64,000 nucleotides of DNA, from NCBI RefSeq assembly GCF_009914755.1, contig NC_060935.1. One strand, written 5' to 3'. The translations under genes were made by a program, and so were the position numbers. This document shows positions 28,284 to 40,645 of this stretch, one piece after another. The DNA comes from the human T2T-CHM13v2.0 reference genome, Homo sapiens. Every line of letters starts with the position of its first letter. The first letter of the stretch is position 1. Under the pieces are notes generated by a model, which saw only the letters and a program-made list of their open reading frames with translations, had not been told where the DNA came from and ran no database searches.

Positions 28284-29224
28284 TTACCCAAGTGAGAATT
28301 CATTTCCTTGAGAACTAACCACTACGTGTGATTCACTCTGTAGTTTGAAGAAGCCCGTGTGTCCCAGAGTGTGGGGACAATTACCCCCAACAGGAATATG
28401 CAATGGGACATGTGGATAATCGTGTTTTGGACAGCAAGTTCAGTTTACTACCCCAGAGCTTAAAGTGAATTTGAATTTGTAGCAATGGTGTTCAAGAGTG
28501 GATGGATTTTTGTGAGATTTCTCTTGTAATTTTTCAGAGCTCAGTATACTGAATTGTATTTGCTTCCTCTTTTAGGGTTTCAGTAACACACAAACAAGAT
28601 GATGAATCTCTGCTTTAAATAGATGCTTAAAATGTTTTCCTGTGTGTTGAGAAGGAATGCGTAGGGTTCTCAGTGATTTGGTCCACTCAGCTCACTTTAT
28701 GAAGGACACAATGTGGTACTTGTTTTGTGGCAAGAGTTGGAACTAAAATGCAAGTCATCTGACCCCCAGAGCAGTGCCCTGGCCATACCATCTATTCAAC
28801 TAGATTATATATTGGAAAATAGTCACATTTTTGTAATGTTTTTCAGCTTTTGCACTTGTTCCCTTATTTTTGGCACTTGTTTCCTCATGTCATCTGCTAC
28901 TCTTCAGTTCAACACTAACTTTGGTTTAACAGTACTGTATATTGACTTCTGTCTTGTAAGCCTATGTGTATTCTCCTTTACTCAAATCATTGCAAATGCA
29001 GAGATTTGCTTGCAGAAATGTCCAGAAGTCCTTTGTAGCTGCCAAAGGGCTGGTAAGCTTAGAGTGTAAGTGGAAATGATTATAAGTCTCTCTGTGGAAG
29101 TGCTTCTCAGCCAAGAAGCCATTTAAAAGAAATGTCTTTTGTAAGCTTCAATTAACAGAACTTCTAAATTATTTGTTATGTGTATTTTTTCTTATTTAAC
29201 TCATGAATTTAGAAGCTGATAAAA

Positions 29225-31335
29225 ATTTTTAAGTAAAAAATTTTTAATTATGGTAATTACACATAATCTAAAATTTACCATGGTAATTTTTTTTTTAAGA
29301 GACAGGGTCTTACTCTGTCACCCAGGCTGGAGTGCATTGGTGCGATCATAGCTCACTGCACCCTTGAACTCCTGACCTCAAGCAATCCTCCTATCTCGAT
29401 CTCTCAAAGTGTTAGGATAGGTTAAGACCATACTGGCCTTAACCATTTTTAAGTCTACAGTTCAGTAGTGTTAAGTATATTCACATTGTTAGGTAAACAA
29501 TATCTAGAACTTGTTCATCTTGAAAACGGAAACTTTATACCCATTAAACAACTCCCCATTATCCCCTTCCCCCAGCCCCTGGCAACCACCATTCTACTTT
29601 CTGTCTCTATGAATTTGACTACTCTAAGTTCCTTATGTAAGTAGAATTATACAACATCTGTCCTTTTGTGTCTAGTTTATTTCACTTGGCATACTGTCCT
29701 CAAAGATCATTCATGTTGTAGCATGTGTCAGAATTTCCTTCCTTTATAAGACTGAATAATATTCAGTAGTATGTATCTACCATGTTTTGTTTATCCATTC
29801 GTCTATTGATGGACACTTGGGTTGCTTCCACTTCTTGGCTATTATGAATAATGCTCCTATAAAGCTGGGTGTACAAATATTTCTTTAATACCATGCTTTC
29901 AATTCTTTTGGGCATATACTCAGGAGTGGGATTTCTGGATCATATGGTAATTCTGTATTTAATTTTTTGAGGAACCGCCATATTGTTTTCCATAGTGGCT
30001 GTATCATTTTACATTTCCATGTGCATAAGAGTTCCAATTTTTCTACATCCTTGTCAAAACTTATTGTTTTCTGTTTTGTAAATGTAGTCATCCTAATGAG
30101 AATCAGGTAGTATCTCACTGAAGTTTTTATTGCATTCCCTTAATGATTAATGATATTGGGTATCATTTTATACACTTGTTAGCAGTTTGTATGAACATTG
30201 GAGATGTGTCTATTAAATTCTATGCCTATTTTTAAATCTGATTATTTATTTTATTGTTCTTGAGTTATAGGATTTCTTTATATATTTGGATATTAACCTC
30301 TTATCAGAAATGATTTGCAAATATTTTCTCCCACTCCATATGTTGCCTCTTCACTCTGTTGATGCTATCCTTGATACAAAGAAGTTTTTTATTTTAATAA
30401 AGTCCAATTTGCCTGTTTTAAGTTTTGTTGCCTATGTTTTTGGTGACTTAGCCAAAAAAAAATTGTCAAATCTGATGTCATGAAGTTTTTCCTCATTTTT
30501 CTTCTATGAGTTCTATAGTTGTAGTTCTCAAGTTTAGGTTTTTATGCATTTTGAGCTGATTTTTGTGTATGATGTGAAGTAAGGGTCCCGCTTTATTCTT
30601 TTACATGTAGAAATCCACTTTAACAAAGCTGTTTGTTGAAGAAACTTCCTTTTTTGTTGGATACACTTGGTATCATTGTCAAAAATCATTTGACATTTGA
30701 GTGTATATGAAAAGGTTGACTTTGGGGGTCTCTGGTCTCTATTTAATTCCATTTGTCGATATGTCTGTCTTTCTGCCAGTACCACACTATTTTGATTACT
30801 GTAGCCTTGTAATAAGTACCGAAATTGGGAAGTGTGAGACAGCCAACTTTGTTCTTCTTTTCTAAGATTGTTTTGTCTATTTAGGGTCCCTTGAGATTCC
30901 ATATAGATTTTAGGATAAAACTTTCTATTATTTTTGTCTTTAAATTTTTTTCCAGCACTGTTTTGTAGTTTTTAATGTATACATTTTTTTGCCTCCTTGG
31001 TTAACTTTATTCAAAAGTGTTTGATTCTTTTTTATGCTATTATGAATGAAATTATTTTCTTGTCAGATTGTTCATTGTTAGTACATAGAAATGTAACTAA
31101 TTTTTGCATGTTGATTTTGTATCCTATAACTTTGCTGAATTTCTTAGTTTTTTGTGTAGAATCTTCTTGGCTTTCTACATATAAGATCATGTTTTCTGAA
31201 AACAGAGATAATTTTACTTCTTCCTTTCCAATTTGGATGTCTTGTCTTTTAATTCTTTTTCTTGTCTAATTGCTCTGGCTAGGACTTCCAGTATTATATT
31301 GAATAGAAGGGGCTAAAGTAGACATCTTTGCTACT
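29225..31335 (-). mobile_element. L1MB-type 3' fragment of about 2 kb
   Basis: CCCCAGCCCCTGGCAACCACCATTCTACTTTCTGTCTCTATGAATTTGACTACTCTA 3'UTR motif; ORF2-like remnants in minus-strand ORFs 29885-30118 and 30534-30902. Confidence 0.88.
29287..29438 (-). mobile_element. Alu monomer (FRAM/FAM-like) within L1MB
   Basis: GAGACAGGGTCTTACTCTGTCACCCAGGCTGG...GATCATAGCTCACTGCA...CAAAGTGTTAGGAT. Confidence 0.8.
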
Positions 31336-32425
31336 GAATAAAAAATTATCCTGTGTCAAAGAAATAGGAACATATAAGAAACTTATTTCAAAGGAAAACA
31401 CTGAAGCTGACAAAAGTCAGAGGAATTTCTGAAGAGATAGTCATAGGCTTTTGAGTTGCTTTCCTGTGTACTCCAGCAGGGACAGTGGCCTAGGTCAAGA
31501 TCACATTCAACAAACATTTATGGACAAACAGATGTTAATCTAGGTAGTGAAGAATTAGGGAGCAAGATGGCCAGGTCCCTGCTTTCATGGAGCTTACAGT
31601 CTAGTTACGGTGAATATTATACATGTCTTGGGGAGGGGCAAACTACAATCAAATAACAAAAACATTTTTCAAGAGATAAGTTTGTGTCCCAGTCACACTT
31701 GAATTACTCACCTTTACACGAAGGACATTAAAATTTTCATCCACAGAGATGTCTCCTCTAGGACTGTAGAAGATTTTCCTCTAGATCCCAGATGATTCAG
31801 CTTGGAGGTGCTGTTTAGCAATCGTGATGGTTAACGATTTTCTTGGGGTCTTGAGTCTTGACATTTTATATATGAACTCTTGGAAGAATAAGGTGTCTTT
31901 ATCTAACTGTTCCCTGATTTTTGAGTCTTCCTTTCCATATGGAAAGCTGACTGCCTCCTAAAGCAAGTGACTCATTCCTTTTTTTTGAATGGCTCTGTCT
32001 TAGAAAGATCTTCCATATACTAAGCCAATAGTTATCTCACTGTAATGTCCTCTAAATTGTTCCTATTTCTTTTTGTACTCTGCTCAAACAGGTATGGAGC
32101 TGGAATTTTGGCCCATCTTACATGTGATATTTAAACAACACTGAAGGCTGCTTCTTGTCCTTGGCATAGTGATGTATAAAACAAACAACCCCATCACAAT
32201 TTTGCCAGACAAAAGTAACTGCCTGGCAAGATGGAAAAATTCAGTGTGAAGAAGACAAAAAACAAACAAACAAACAAACAAAAAAACCAGAACCCCAAAG
32301 ACACCCTCAAATCACCATAAAAATGTGTTTCTTTCACTGCAAATATTTCAGCAGGGCCTGTTCCTTACCATAGGGTAATTTTGAGGAACTCTACATTTAA
32401 TCCCCAGGGCTGACCAAAGCTATGG

Positions 32426-32801
32426 TGATACGGTTTAGCTCTGTGTCCCCACCCAAAACTCACCTTGAATTATATTCTCATAATTCCCATGTGTTGTGGG
32501 AGGGACCCAGTGGGAGATAATTGAATCATGTGGGCAGTTTTCCCCATTCTGTTCTCATGGTGGTGAATAAGTCTAATGAGATCTGATGGCTTTATCAGGG
32601 GTCTCCGCTTTTGCATCTTCCTCATTGTCTCTTTGCCTGCTGTTGTCCATGTAAGATGTGACTTGTTCCTCCTTGCCTTCCACCATGATTGTGAGGCTTC
32701 CCCAGCCACATGGAACTGTAAGTCCAATTAAACCTCTTTCTTTTGTAAATTGTCCAGTCTCAGCTATGTCTTTATAAACAGTGTGAAAATGGAGTAATAC
32801 A
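32426..32801 (+). mobile_element. THE1 (C-like) solo LTR
   Basis: TGATACGGTTTAGCTCTGTGTCCCCACCCAAA...AATTAAACCTC...GGAGTAATACA. Confidence 0.92.
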
Positions 32802-33257
32802 CATAGTGAGCACCAAGCACAGAGGTTAACAAATAAGGAGAGAAAGAAAGAGGTCAGATTTGGGTAGTGAACTATGCTGAATTAGCTGCTCTGCTTGGAT
32901 CAGTGGTGCAAGCAGAAGAAAGAAAGGTGGCCTTCATAGAAAAGACAACTGGGAAAGTGTCTTTTTAAAAGCAGGAGGATTCTCTCACATCGATAAGAGA
33001 AAAAGCATACATTTGGAGAGAAATAATTAGCTATGCTTAATATAGAACATCCTATACAAATGCCTGTACCTAAGAATGGCTATCTAAATACTGAATGTAC
33101 ATTAATTATAATCATTAAAACATGAAACCATAGAAATATAGACAATGGAGGACTGTATATTGAACATAGTTCAAGAAGGTGATTTTTTTCTTTGCATTTT
33201 TTGAGCAGTGTACCTTCTTAGAACTAAAGAGGATGTTTTTGCATTATCATACCAGTT

Positions 33258-33537
<280 letters not shown>

Positions 33538-34086
33538 ATACCAGTTCTTAGTCTTTGATCCATACACTTGTTCTCAGGATCATATCAATAGCTAAATTTT
33601 ACTGAAGCACCTATGGAGCAATGTCTTCATATCATCCCATGAAAGGCTCATCTTATAAAATGAGTATAATACTCTCCTTATTTTTTAAGTGTAGAAACTA
33701 ATGATTTGTGAAAGCAAGCAAATTGCTCAAGTTCATACAACCAGTGAATGACAGACCCAGGCTTTGAACTCAGGATAAGGGCCATAGAGTTTGGGCATGT
33801 GATGTCCACCCTGGCCCCATCCAGCTGTTGGTGAGCAAGTAGGACCAATGGGGAGAAAAACAAATGAAGTGGTAGACACCCATGTTTCTCCTAAGGGCAA
33901 TCTTGGATCTGAATGAAATGTTATCTGAGATGAGGCTTGAGAGATAAATAGGTGGTGATTCTGCATTAGAAGGCAGAAAAAAGGTTGGAAGGAACAGTAT
34001 GTGCAAAAGCATGAAGGAAAGTGAATGTATGTGATACTATGAAACATCCATATACATGAGTGTGGCAAGGACAGGACAGGAGTGGG

Positions 34087-34666
34087 TGTGACAGTTTGTA
34101 CTTTTCAAAGATGACTGCAGCAGTATCTCCTGTCCTGTATGCTCTTCCACAACCTTGCCACTGCCCCATCACCCGATAGAATCTGATTTTTCTGCCTTTC
34201 AGTATGGGTGAGCTTATGACTCACTTGTGCCTAATATAAAGCGATGGAAGTGGCACTGAGTGGTTTCTGAGGTTAGATCATAAAACATGATGCAACTTTT
34301 ACATTGTTAGCTGAAATACTCACCTTTGGAGCCCTGAATTTCCATATAAGAACTGCAATGACCTTGAGGCCGCCATGCTACGAAGTCTGGGCCATGAGGA
34401 AAAGCCATTTGTAGGTGTTCTGGCTGAGAGTCATAGATGAAGTCTCAGCCGACAGCCAACATCAACCACTAGACACGTGCGTGGAGACATTTACAGATTC
34501 TAATCTCTAGCTGTCAAATCACTCCAGCCTTTAAGTCTTCCCAGCTGAGGACCCAGACATACAGCAGAAATAACTGTCCTCACTGTACCTTGTCTGTGCT
34601 GCTGATCAGTGTTTTATGCCACTAAGCTTTGGGATGACTTGTTATGCAGCTGTAGTAACTGGAACA
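34087..34666 (+). mobile_element. MLT1G/H-like solo LTR
   Basis: TTTCAAAGATGACTGCAGCA near the start; ends TTGTTATGCAGCTGTAGTAACTGGAACA. Confidence 0.75.
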
Positions 34667-34669
34667 GGT

Positions 34670-35100
34670 GGTTGTATTATGTAAATAGTTGATTAAATGT
34701 GTCTGGAATTCAGAAGAGATATATGGTTGAAAATTTAGCCCTCAGAGTTTTCAGCATTATAAGTGATAGCTGAAATCTTAAGAGGAAATGAGATAATCCA
34801 GAGAACGATGTAGGATTAAAGGAGAAGAGGGTAAGAATTTAACCCTGGTAAATGTCAACACTGAAGAACAGAAAAAGGACACAGAACAAGAAAAAGTCCA
34901 AGAAGAAAGCATCAGAGGAAGGACTGGAACCTGGAAAGGGGGTTATTAAGGAAGGCAGTGCATGAGAATGTTTTATGACAGATGAAGAGGTCAACATTCC
35001 CAGATGCTGTAGAGAAGGCATTGGAAAGGTGACCACGGGTTTAACAGCCAAAAGTTGACATTGTCCAGAGCAGCTTCAGAGAGAAATGAGGATGCAGGAC
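34670..35100 (-). mobile_element. L2 fragment
   Basis: Purine-rich degenerate L2 (GTCTGGAATTCAGAAGAGA...GAGATAATCCAGAGA). Confidence 0.55.
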
Positions 35101-35986
35101 AGTCTGAGGTGTGGCAAAGATTGGGTGCCTTGGATAGTAGGTGCTTGATAAATATTTATGGAATGAATGAATTTGAGGTGATGAAATAGACAAAAGTAAG
35201 TTGGAAGAAGAGAGCTGGAGAAAAGTGAGGGTCAAAAGAGTTGAGGAAGAGGAAGAGAAGAGATTTTAGCATTTGTAGCATTTGTGGGTGGAGCTGCGTA
35301 GGTCTCTCCCACCAGCTGCCTTTTGCTGGCCTCTCCGATACCAGGGCTGGGGTGGGACTTGTACAGGCCCTGCTGCAAGCACCCCAGAGTAGCAAGGCTG
35401 TTCCAAAGTCCCAACCCTGAGTACTTTCCACCACATAACGGCACTGTCTGGATGACAGTGACATGGGTGAGTTGCTAACACTTCCCAGAACGTGCAGTCT
35501 TTTGTTTAATAAGGGAGTAGGGATTGGGAGGAGGGAGCAGTCAGCCTGCTATAAAACAGGATCATGAACTGTGGTCTAATATACAAGGGCCATGGATAAA
35601 ATTAAGAACAACATCTATTCTGACAGCACCTCCTTTCTTCCAAGAGCCCACAACACTTAATCCAGCACAATTCCCATGTGAGTATTTGGGTAGGGGAAGG
35701 AGGAGGGATGCAGAATAATCCTTTCAGACAACTTCATTTTCTAATTTTCCCTTATATCCAGGTTTAGAACCAAACACTTTGCTGTTTTCCCGTAATAGAC
35801 TTTTTATTGACTTTACAGTTTCTGTTTTACATTATCAATTTAAGCTGGTGTTGAAGTAAATTTGCCTGCCACAGATTCTTGACAAGTTGGCTTAGGGATG
35901 ATTTATGCCCCAAACCCAATGTTTACTAAGTAAGGAGAATCCTTGTCTAAATATACATTGTAATACAGAATTAAAGGGATATATTT

Positions 35987-36254
35987 TCTCACTCTATTAT
36001 CCAAGCTGGAGTGCAGCGGTGTGATCATAGCTCATTGCAACCTCGAACTCAGGCTCAAGAGATCCTCTTGCCTCACTCTCCCAAGTATCTGGGTCTACAG
36101 GCTCACACCATCATTTCTGGCTAATTTTTTTTCTTTTTCTTTCTGTAGAGACAGGGTGTCATTATGTTACCCAGGCTGGTCTTGAACTCATGGCTTCAAG
36201 CGATCCTCCCACCTTGGCCTGCTGGGATTATAGGCGTGAGCCACCATGCCCAAC
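35987..36254 (-). mobile_element. AluJ lacking its tail
   Basis: J-type GATCATAGCTCA and GATCCTCCCACCTTGG; flanks GATAT(T)ATTTT are TSD-like. Confidence 0.88.
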
Positions 36255-37042
36255 AGATATTATTTTAATTTGGCTTTCACTTAAGCCTCACTGATTTTCT
36301 GTTGAGCTGAGGTCTGTCCTGGGCTGGAGAAATTCTAGGTTGATGGAAAATTGTGAATGCTTAAAGCTGGTTTGGAAAATGAGTGAATCTTTGCAAAATC
36401 ATGTGCTTAAGAGACCAACTTATACTAATCAGGATAGCAAAAATCCTTTAAGAAATGATAATTAAAGTACTTCTGCCTTGTATTTGCTTGCCAAATATTG
36501 CAGGGGGATAGACTTCTCCAGGCTGTATTCTAAAGCAGCTTCTTATGAAAAACGGTTAGAATCTCCATTGACATCAAATAATCAACCTGTTCTAAAGAAA
36601 AATCAGCCTTTGATTCTTCTCCATGCCCTAGGACCTTGCTTGCAAATGAGTGCATGACACTGTTTTCCTCTTACTATGCCATTAAAACCAAATGAAGAAG
36701 CTGTCAACTGCATGCCATTTCTCCTGTCAAATTATTATGAGACATAAGTGTCTCATAATTTGCCTCTTCCAATCTCCCCAAACTTGATATAAACTATATA
36801 TATGTTAGTGTTCAAAAGGTATATTTCTTTACATATAGGCAATGGCTTCATTTAAGAAGAACACAAAAGTCAAGTCTCAGAGTCAACAGAGTGGCTGCAT
36901 CTACAGACATGACGGATTGCAGAATGGGCTATGTAAGGTGGAATCTGCCAGGTGGACACCAGGGAAGATACCCCAGTCTGTGTCTGGAGTGACAAGTTTT
37001 CAGGGTCAGCCTTGCTGGGGCTCTTCTTCCTTCCCCAGATGT

Positions 37043-37481
37043 TGTGATGGTTAATTGAATCTGTCAACTTGAGTGGGCCACAGAATGCCCAGGTATTTGG
37101 CTATGCATTATTCTGGATGTGTCCATGAGGGGTTTCTGGATTAACTGAACATTTGAATCTGTAAACTGAGTAAAGCAGATTGTTCTCCCCAGTGGTGGTG
37201 AGCCCCATCTAATCTGTTGAAGGCCTGAATAGAAAAAAGGCTGAGCAAGAGAGCGTTTGCTCTCTGCCTGCTGGCCTCTTAGCTGGGGTCTTCTCTCCCC
37301 TCCCTTCAGACTGACTGGGACTGTAATTTACACCATAGGCTCTCCTGAGTCTCAGGCCATCAGCCTGCAGATCTTGGTACTTCTCGGCCTCCATAATCAT
37401 GTGAACCAGTTTCTTTATCATAAATCTCTTTATGTATAACCTTATTGGTTCTGTTCCTCTGGAGAGGCTCTGTCTAATTCA
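37043..37481 (+). mobile_element. MLT2-family (ERVL) solo LTR
   Basis: Start TGTGATGGTTAATT..TGTCAACTTGA.TGGGCCAC; end TATTGGTTCTGTTCCTCTGGAGA...CTAATTCA. Confidence 0.88.
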
Positions 37482-39350
37482 GGCCTCCTGTCATGATATT
37501 CCTGGTCTACCGTGCAGGCTGCAACAACAGATGGGAATTCTGACAAAGTCATGATGTTGCGAACTGGGCATTGTGACCCAATGTTTCACACACAGTGGAG
37601 GCCTCTCTCGCACCCAGAGAAGAGACTGTGTTTCTGTTCAATCAGATTAAATTGGTGGGGGCCATCACATGATTACATGATGATCTCCCTCCCGCTTCCA
37701 ATCTTTCTTGGGTTGTTTGATGTGAAAGGTCATTTATAGGGAGTTTGAAGAGAAAAGTTTAGAGCAGATGAACAACAAATTGCTAAAGCAATTAAAAATT
37801 CTTGATCATCCTGGGTCTGATTGTCTAGTTTGTCAATTATTTAGGCTCTTTAATGTTGGTCTCTCCAGCTGCTGAGCTGCTTGCAGGTTATTTTAGCATG
37901 AACTAGCAACTCAATTTGAAGAAGGCCATGAGGAATGGCATTGGAAGAAAGGAAAGCAGAAGCAGTTGATGTTGCTGCTTTCCTTCTTTCTGGTCTAGAT
38001 GAGGTTAGAGATTACACCTGGATTTTTTGGTACCCTTTACTAGGGGAAAAAGTAAAGAGTATGCCTCACCTCAAAAGGTCAGTTCCTATTCCTATGCTGT
38101 CACAATTTAGGAGACAGGCATGTCAGCAAGTTTGTTAAAATGGCAACTGGTAATTTTGCAAATCCAAGGAGACCTGGGGGAGAGGTTGTGTGAGCCTTCA
38201 AGGGAAGACACGTTTCAAAAATATGACTCAGGCACTCAAATGCTTGCTTAACATTTATTTGAGACATATAAAGTATTTCCACAAGAAAATCTAAATAAAC
38301 CCGCAAATACTGAGTAGACGGACACAGAATGGAGCATGAGAAAGAAACCAAAAGGAGGCATGGGCAACAGTCAAACCTGACTCCCTGTTTACAGTGTGGT
38401 CTTGGGTACATCACTCCACCTCTTTGGGCTTCTACTGTCATGATGTCACATGAACCACATGAGGAGGTGGGTTCTGATGAGTGTTTCTCAAACTGTGTGT
38501 CATGATGTCCCATTGTCTGCAGAAGTGAGGATAGGCTTGCGGGGTAGGGGAGTTCTCAATTATCCCTACCCCTACTTCAACTCGAGAAGCTCCATTTTTA
38601 TCTATTTTATATACATGTGGGGCTTCCACACAATATTTCATTTGAAGAAAAGTTTCCATAAGTAAAAAGAGCTTACATATCTTTGACGGGATGACCTCTA
38701 AGCCTCCTCATGGCCATAATAGTTTGTGTAATTATTTCAATGCTCCTCGCTAAGAGGTTAATCTCTTGGTGAGAGTAATCTCATGTCAGAGTCGCACCTA
38801 AGTGTTTACAAGTGGCCATAGTTTTGTTGTCCATTCATTCACTGTGTTTTGTTGGTTCACTATTGCAATTTTAAAAGTTCCTGTAAGAAACAATGGTTAA
38901 ATTTATCATAAATTTTTCTTTATGATCTTTTCTTACTTTTACTTCTTTAAGTGTTTGATTTTATTTTGGAGTCTCACAAGTTCCCAAATTAGATATTATT
39001 TCAGTCAGAGAAAACAAATGAAAGTTCCCCAAGTCCAAGATAAAATATCAAAAACAAACAAACAAACAAACAAACAAAAACCAAGACCATTTGGCATGCA
39101 TGTTAATATAAATGGGAGGAATTCCCTGGAACTTCATCTACAGAACCTAAAATTGCATTTGGTACACAACGTCTTATTGGGATAGCTTAGCATCTTCATA
39201 AACCTTCTATTCTCCAGGCAGAGTTAATCAAAGTTCTGGGTCTTGCTGGAGAGAGGATATCTAAATCTTATCTTGTATTAACTTTTTCCCTGCTATAAAA
39301 GTGAGTTATGACATAATGAGATACATTTATAGAAAAAATAAAAGCAAATT

Positions 39351-39490
39351 GGCTGAGATGAGAGGATCTCTTGAGCCTAGGAGGTCAAGGCTACAGTGAG
39401 CTATGGTCATGCTGTCATGCCACTGCACTCCAGCCTAGGCAATAGAGTGAGAATCTGTCTCAAAATAAAAATAAATAAATAAGTAAAATA
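39351..39490 (+). mobile_element. Alu right-arm fragment (J/FRAM-like)
   Basis: GGCTGAG...GAGGATCTCTTGAGCCTAGGAGGTCAAGGCTACAGTGAG followed by an A-rich tail. Confidence 0.85.
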
Positions 39491-39624
39491 AAAACATCAG
39501 CAAAGATTTGTAAAAGTAGAAATACTCAAAGCTGTCAAGGAAACAATGTGACACTCTTAAACACTTTCCTTCTTTGCTGGTGGGAGCTCAGATTGGTAAA
39601 TTGTTTCTAGAAAGTGAGACCGTA

Positions 39625-39706
39625 GCTGCAGTGATCTATGGTTGTGCTTCCATACTCCAGCCTGGGTGATAGAGTGAAACCCTGTCTCTAAACACAAAAA
39701 ACAAAA
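39625..39706 (+). mobile_element. Alu 3' tip
   Basis: GCTGCAGTGA...CTCCAGCCTGGGTGATAGAGTGAAACCCTGTCTC followed by an A-rich tail. Confidence 0.8.
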
Positions 39707-40344
39707 CCCCCAACCTTATGATGTCTTAACAAATGCAGAATCTTTTATTCTTGGTGTCTCAACCAGTTTTAATTCTTTTAGAATTTGTTTCTTTTAATGT
39801 ATATACAGTCTATTAAAGAAATAAGACATTTTTAGGGTCATAAAGCCAGGTCTGTGTTTTCAAAGAGGAGCTTGAACTATGTACCTCCAAATGTCACTAC
39901 TGCCTAAAAAATAAGAATTAACTTCTTTATTATTGCTGTTGTTGTTACTGTTTAAAAGTGTCCCAGGAAAAACTCATAAAGTAAAAACATTAGACTCTGT
40001 CCTCTGGTCTTTTAGATAATTTTCATTTATAGTTCCAAGATTCTATAATGAGGCCCTCACTAACTAGGACAAAAAATGGGAAAAATCCTTTTATCAACAT
40101 TCAGGGAACCATCTTCTATTGGCTTTTAGTAAAGTTTTTACAACTCTTGCCAAGACTCCATGAGGAAAATTACTCAGCAAGTACTTAGTCAAGCATGGCT
40201 GCTGATAAACCCATCCTTCTTGGTGATCCACTCACTTTCCATCCTCACAGACAGACATGGCCGTTGTCATCAGAATTAGTAGGGAGCAAAACCCTATTTA
40301 TAAAGACCACTCATGAGCAAAATCAGTCTAAGGAAAGGCATTCC

Positions 40345-40473
40345 ATCTTTGTCCATCTCTATCTCTCTATCAATCTCCATCTCCATCTCTATCTGTCTAC
40401 ATTTCTATCTCATCTAACTATCTCTCTTCTATGCATCCATCCCTCTGTCTCTGTCTCTATCTCTGCATCCATA

Positions 40474-40528
<55 letters not shown>

Positions 40529-40645
40529 CCTAATCTATCATCCAACCATCTATATCTATCTATGTTTCTATGTATGTGTGTATGTATGTATGTATGCATG
40601 CATGTATGCATGTATGTATGCATGTATCTATCTATCTATCATCTG
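40345..40645. repeat. Compound microsatellite with a perfect (TCTA)13 core and TATG/CATG repeats
   Basis: (TCTA)13 at 40477-40528, degenerate TCTA/TCCA flanks, and TATG/CATG repeats at about 40560-40627. Confidence 0.95.

Noticed and set aside
35548-35556. TATA-like CTATAAAA in unique DNA
   Set aside because: A lone motif with no CpG island, downstream exon or ORF support; expected by chance.
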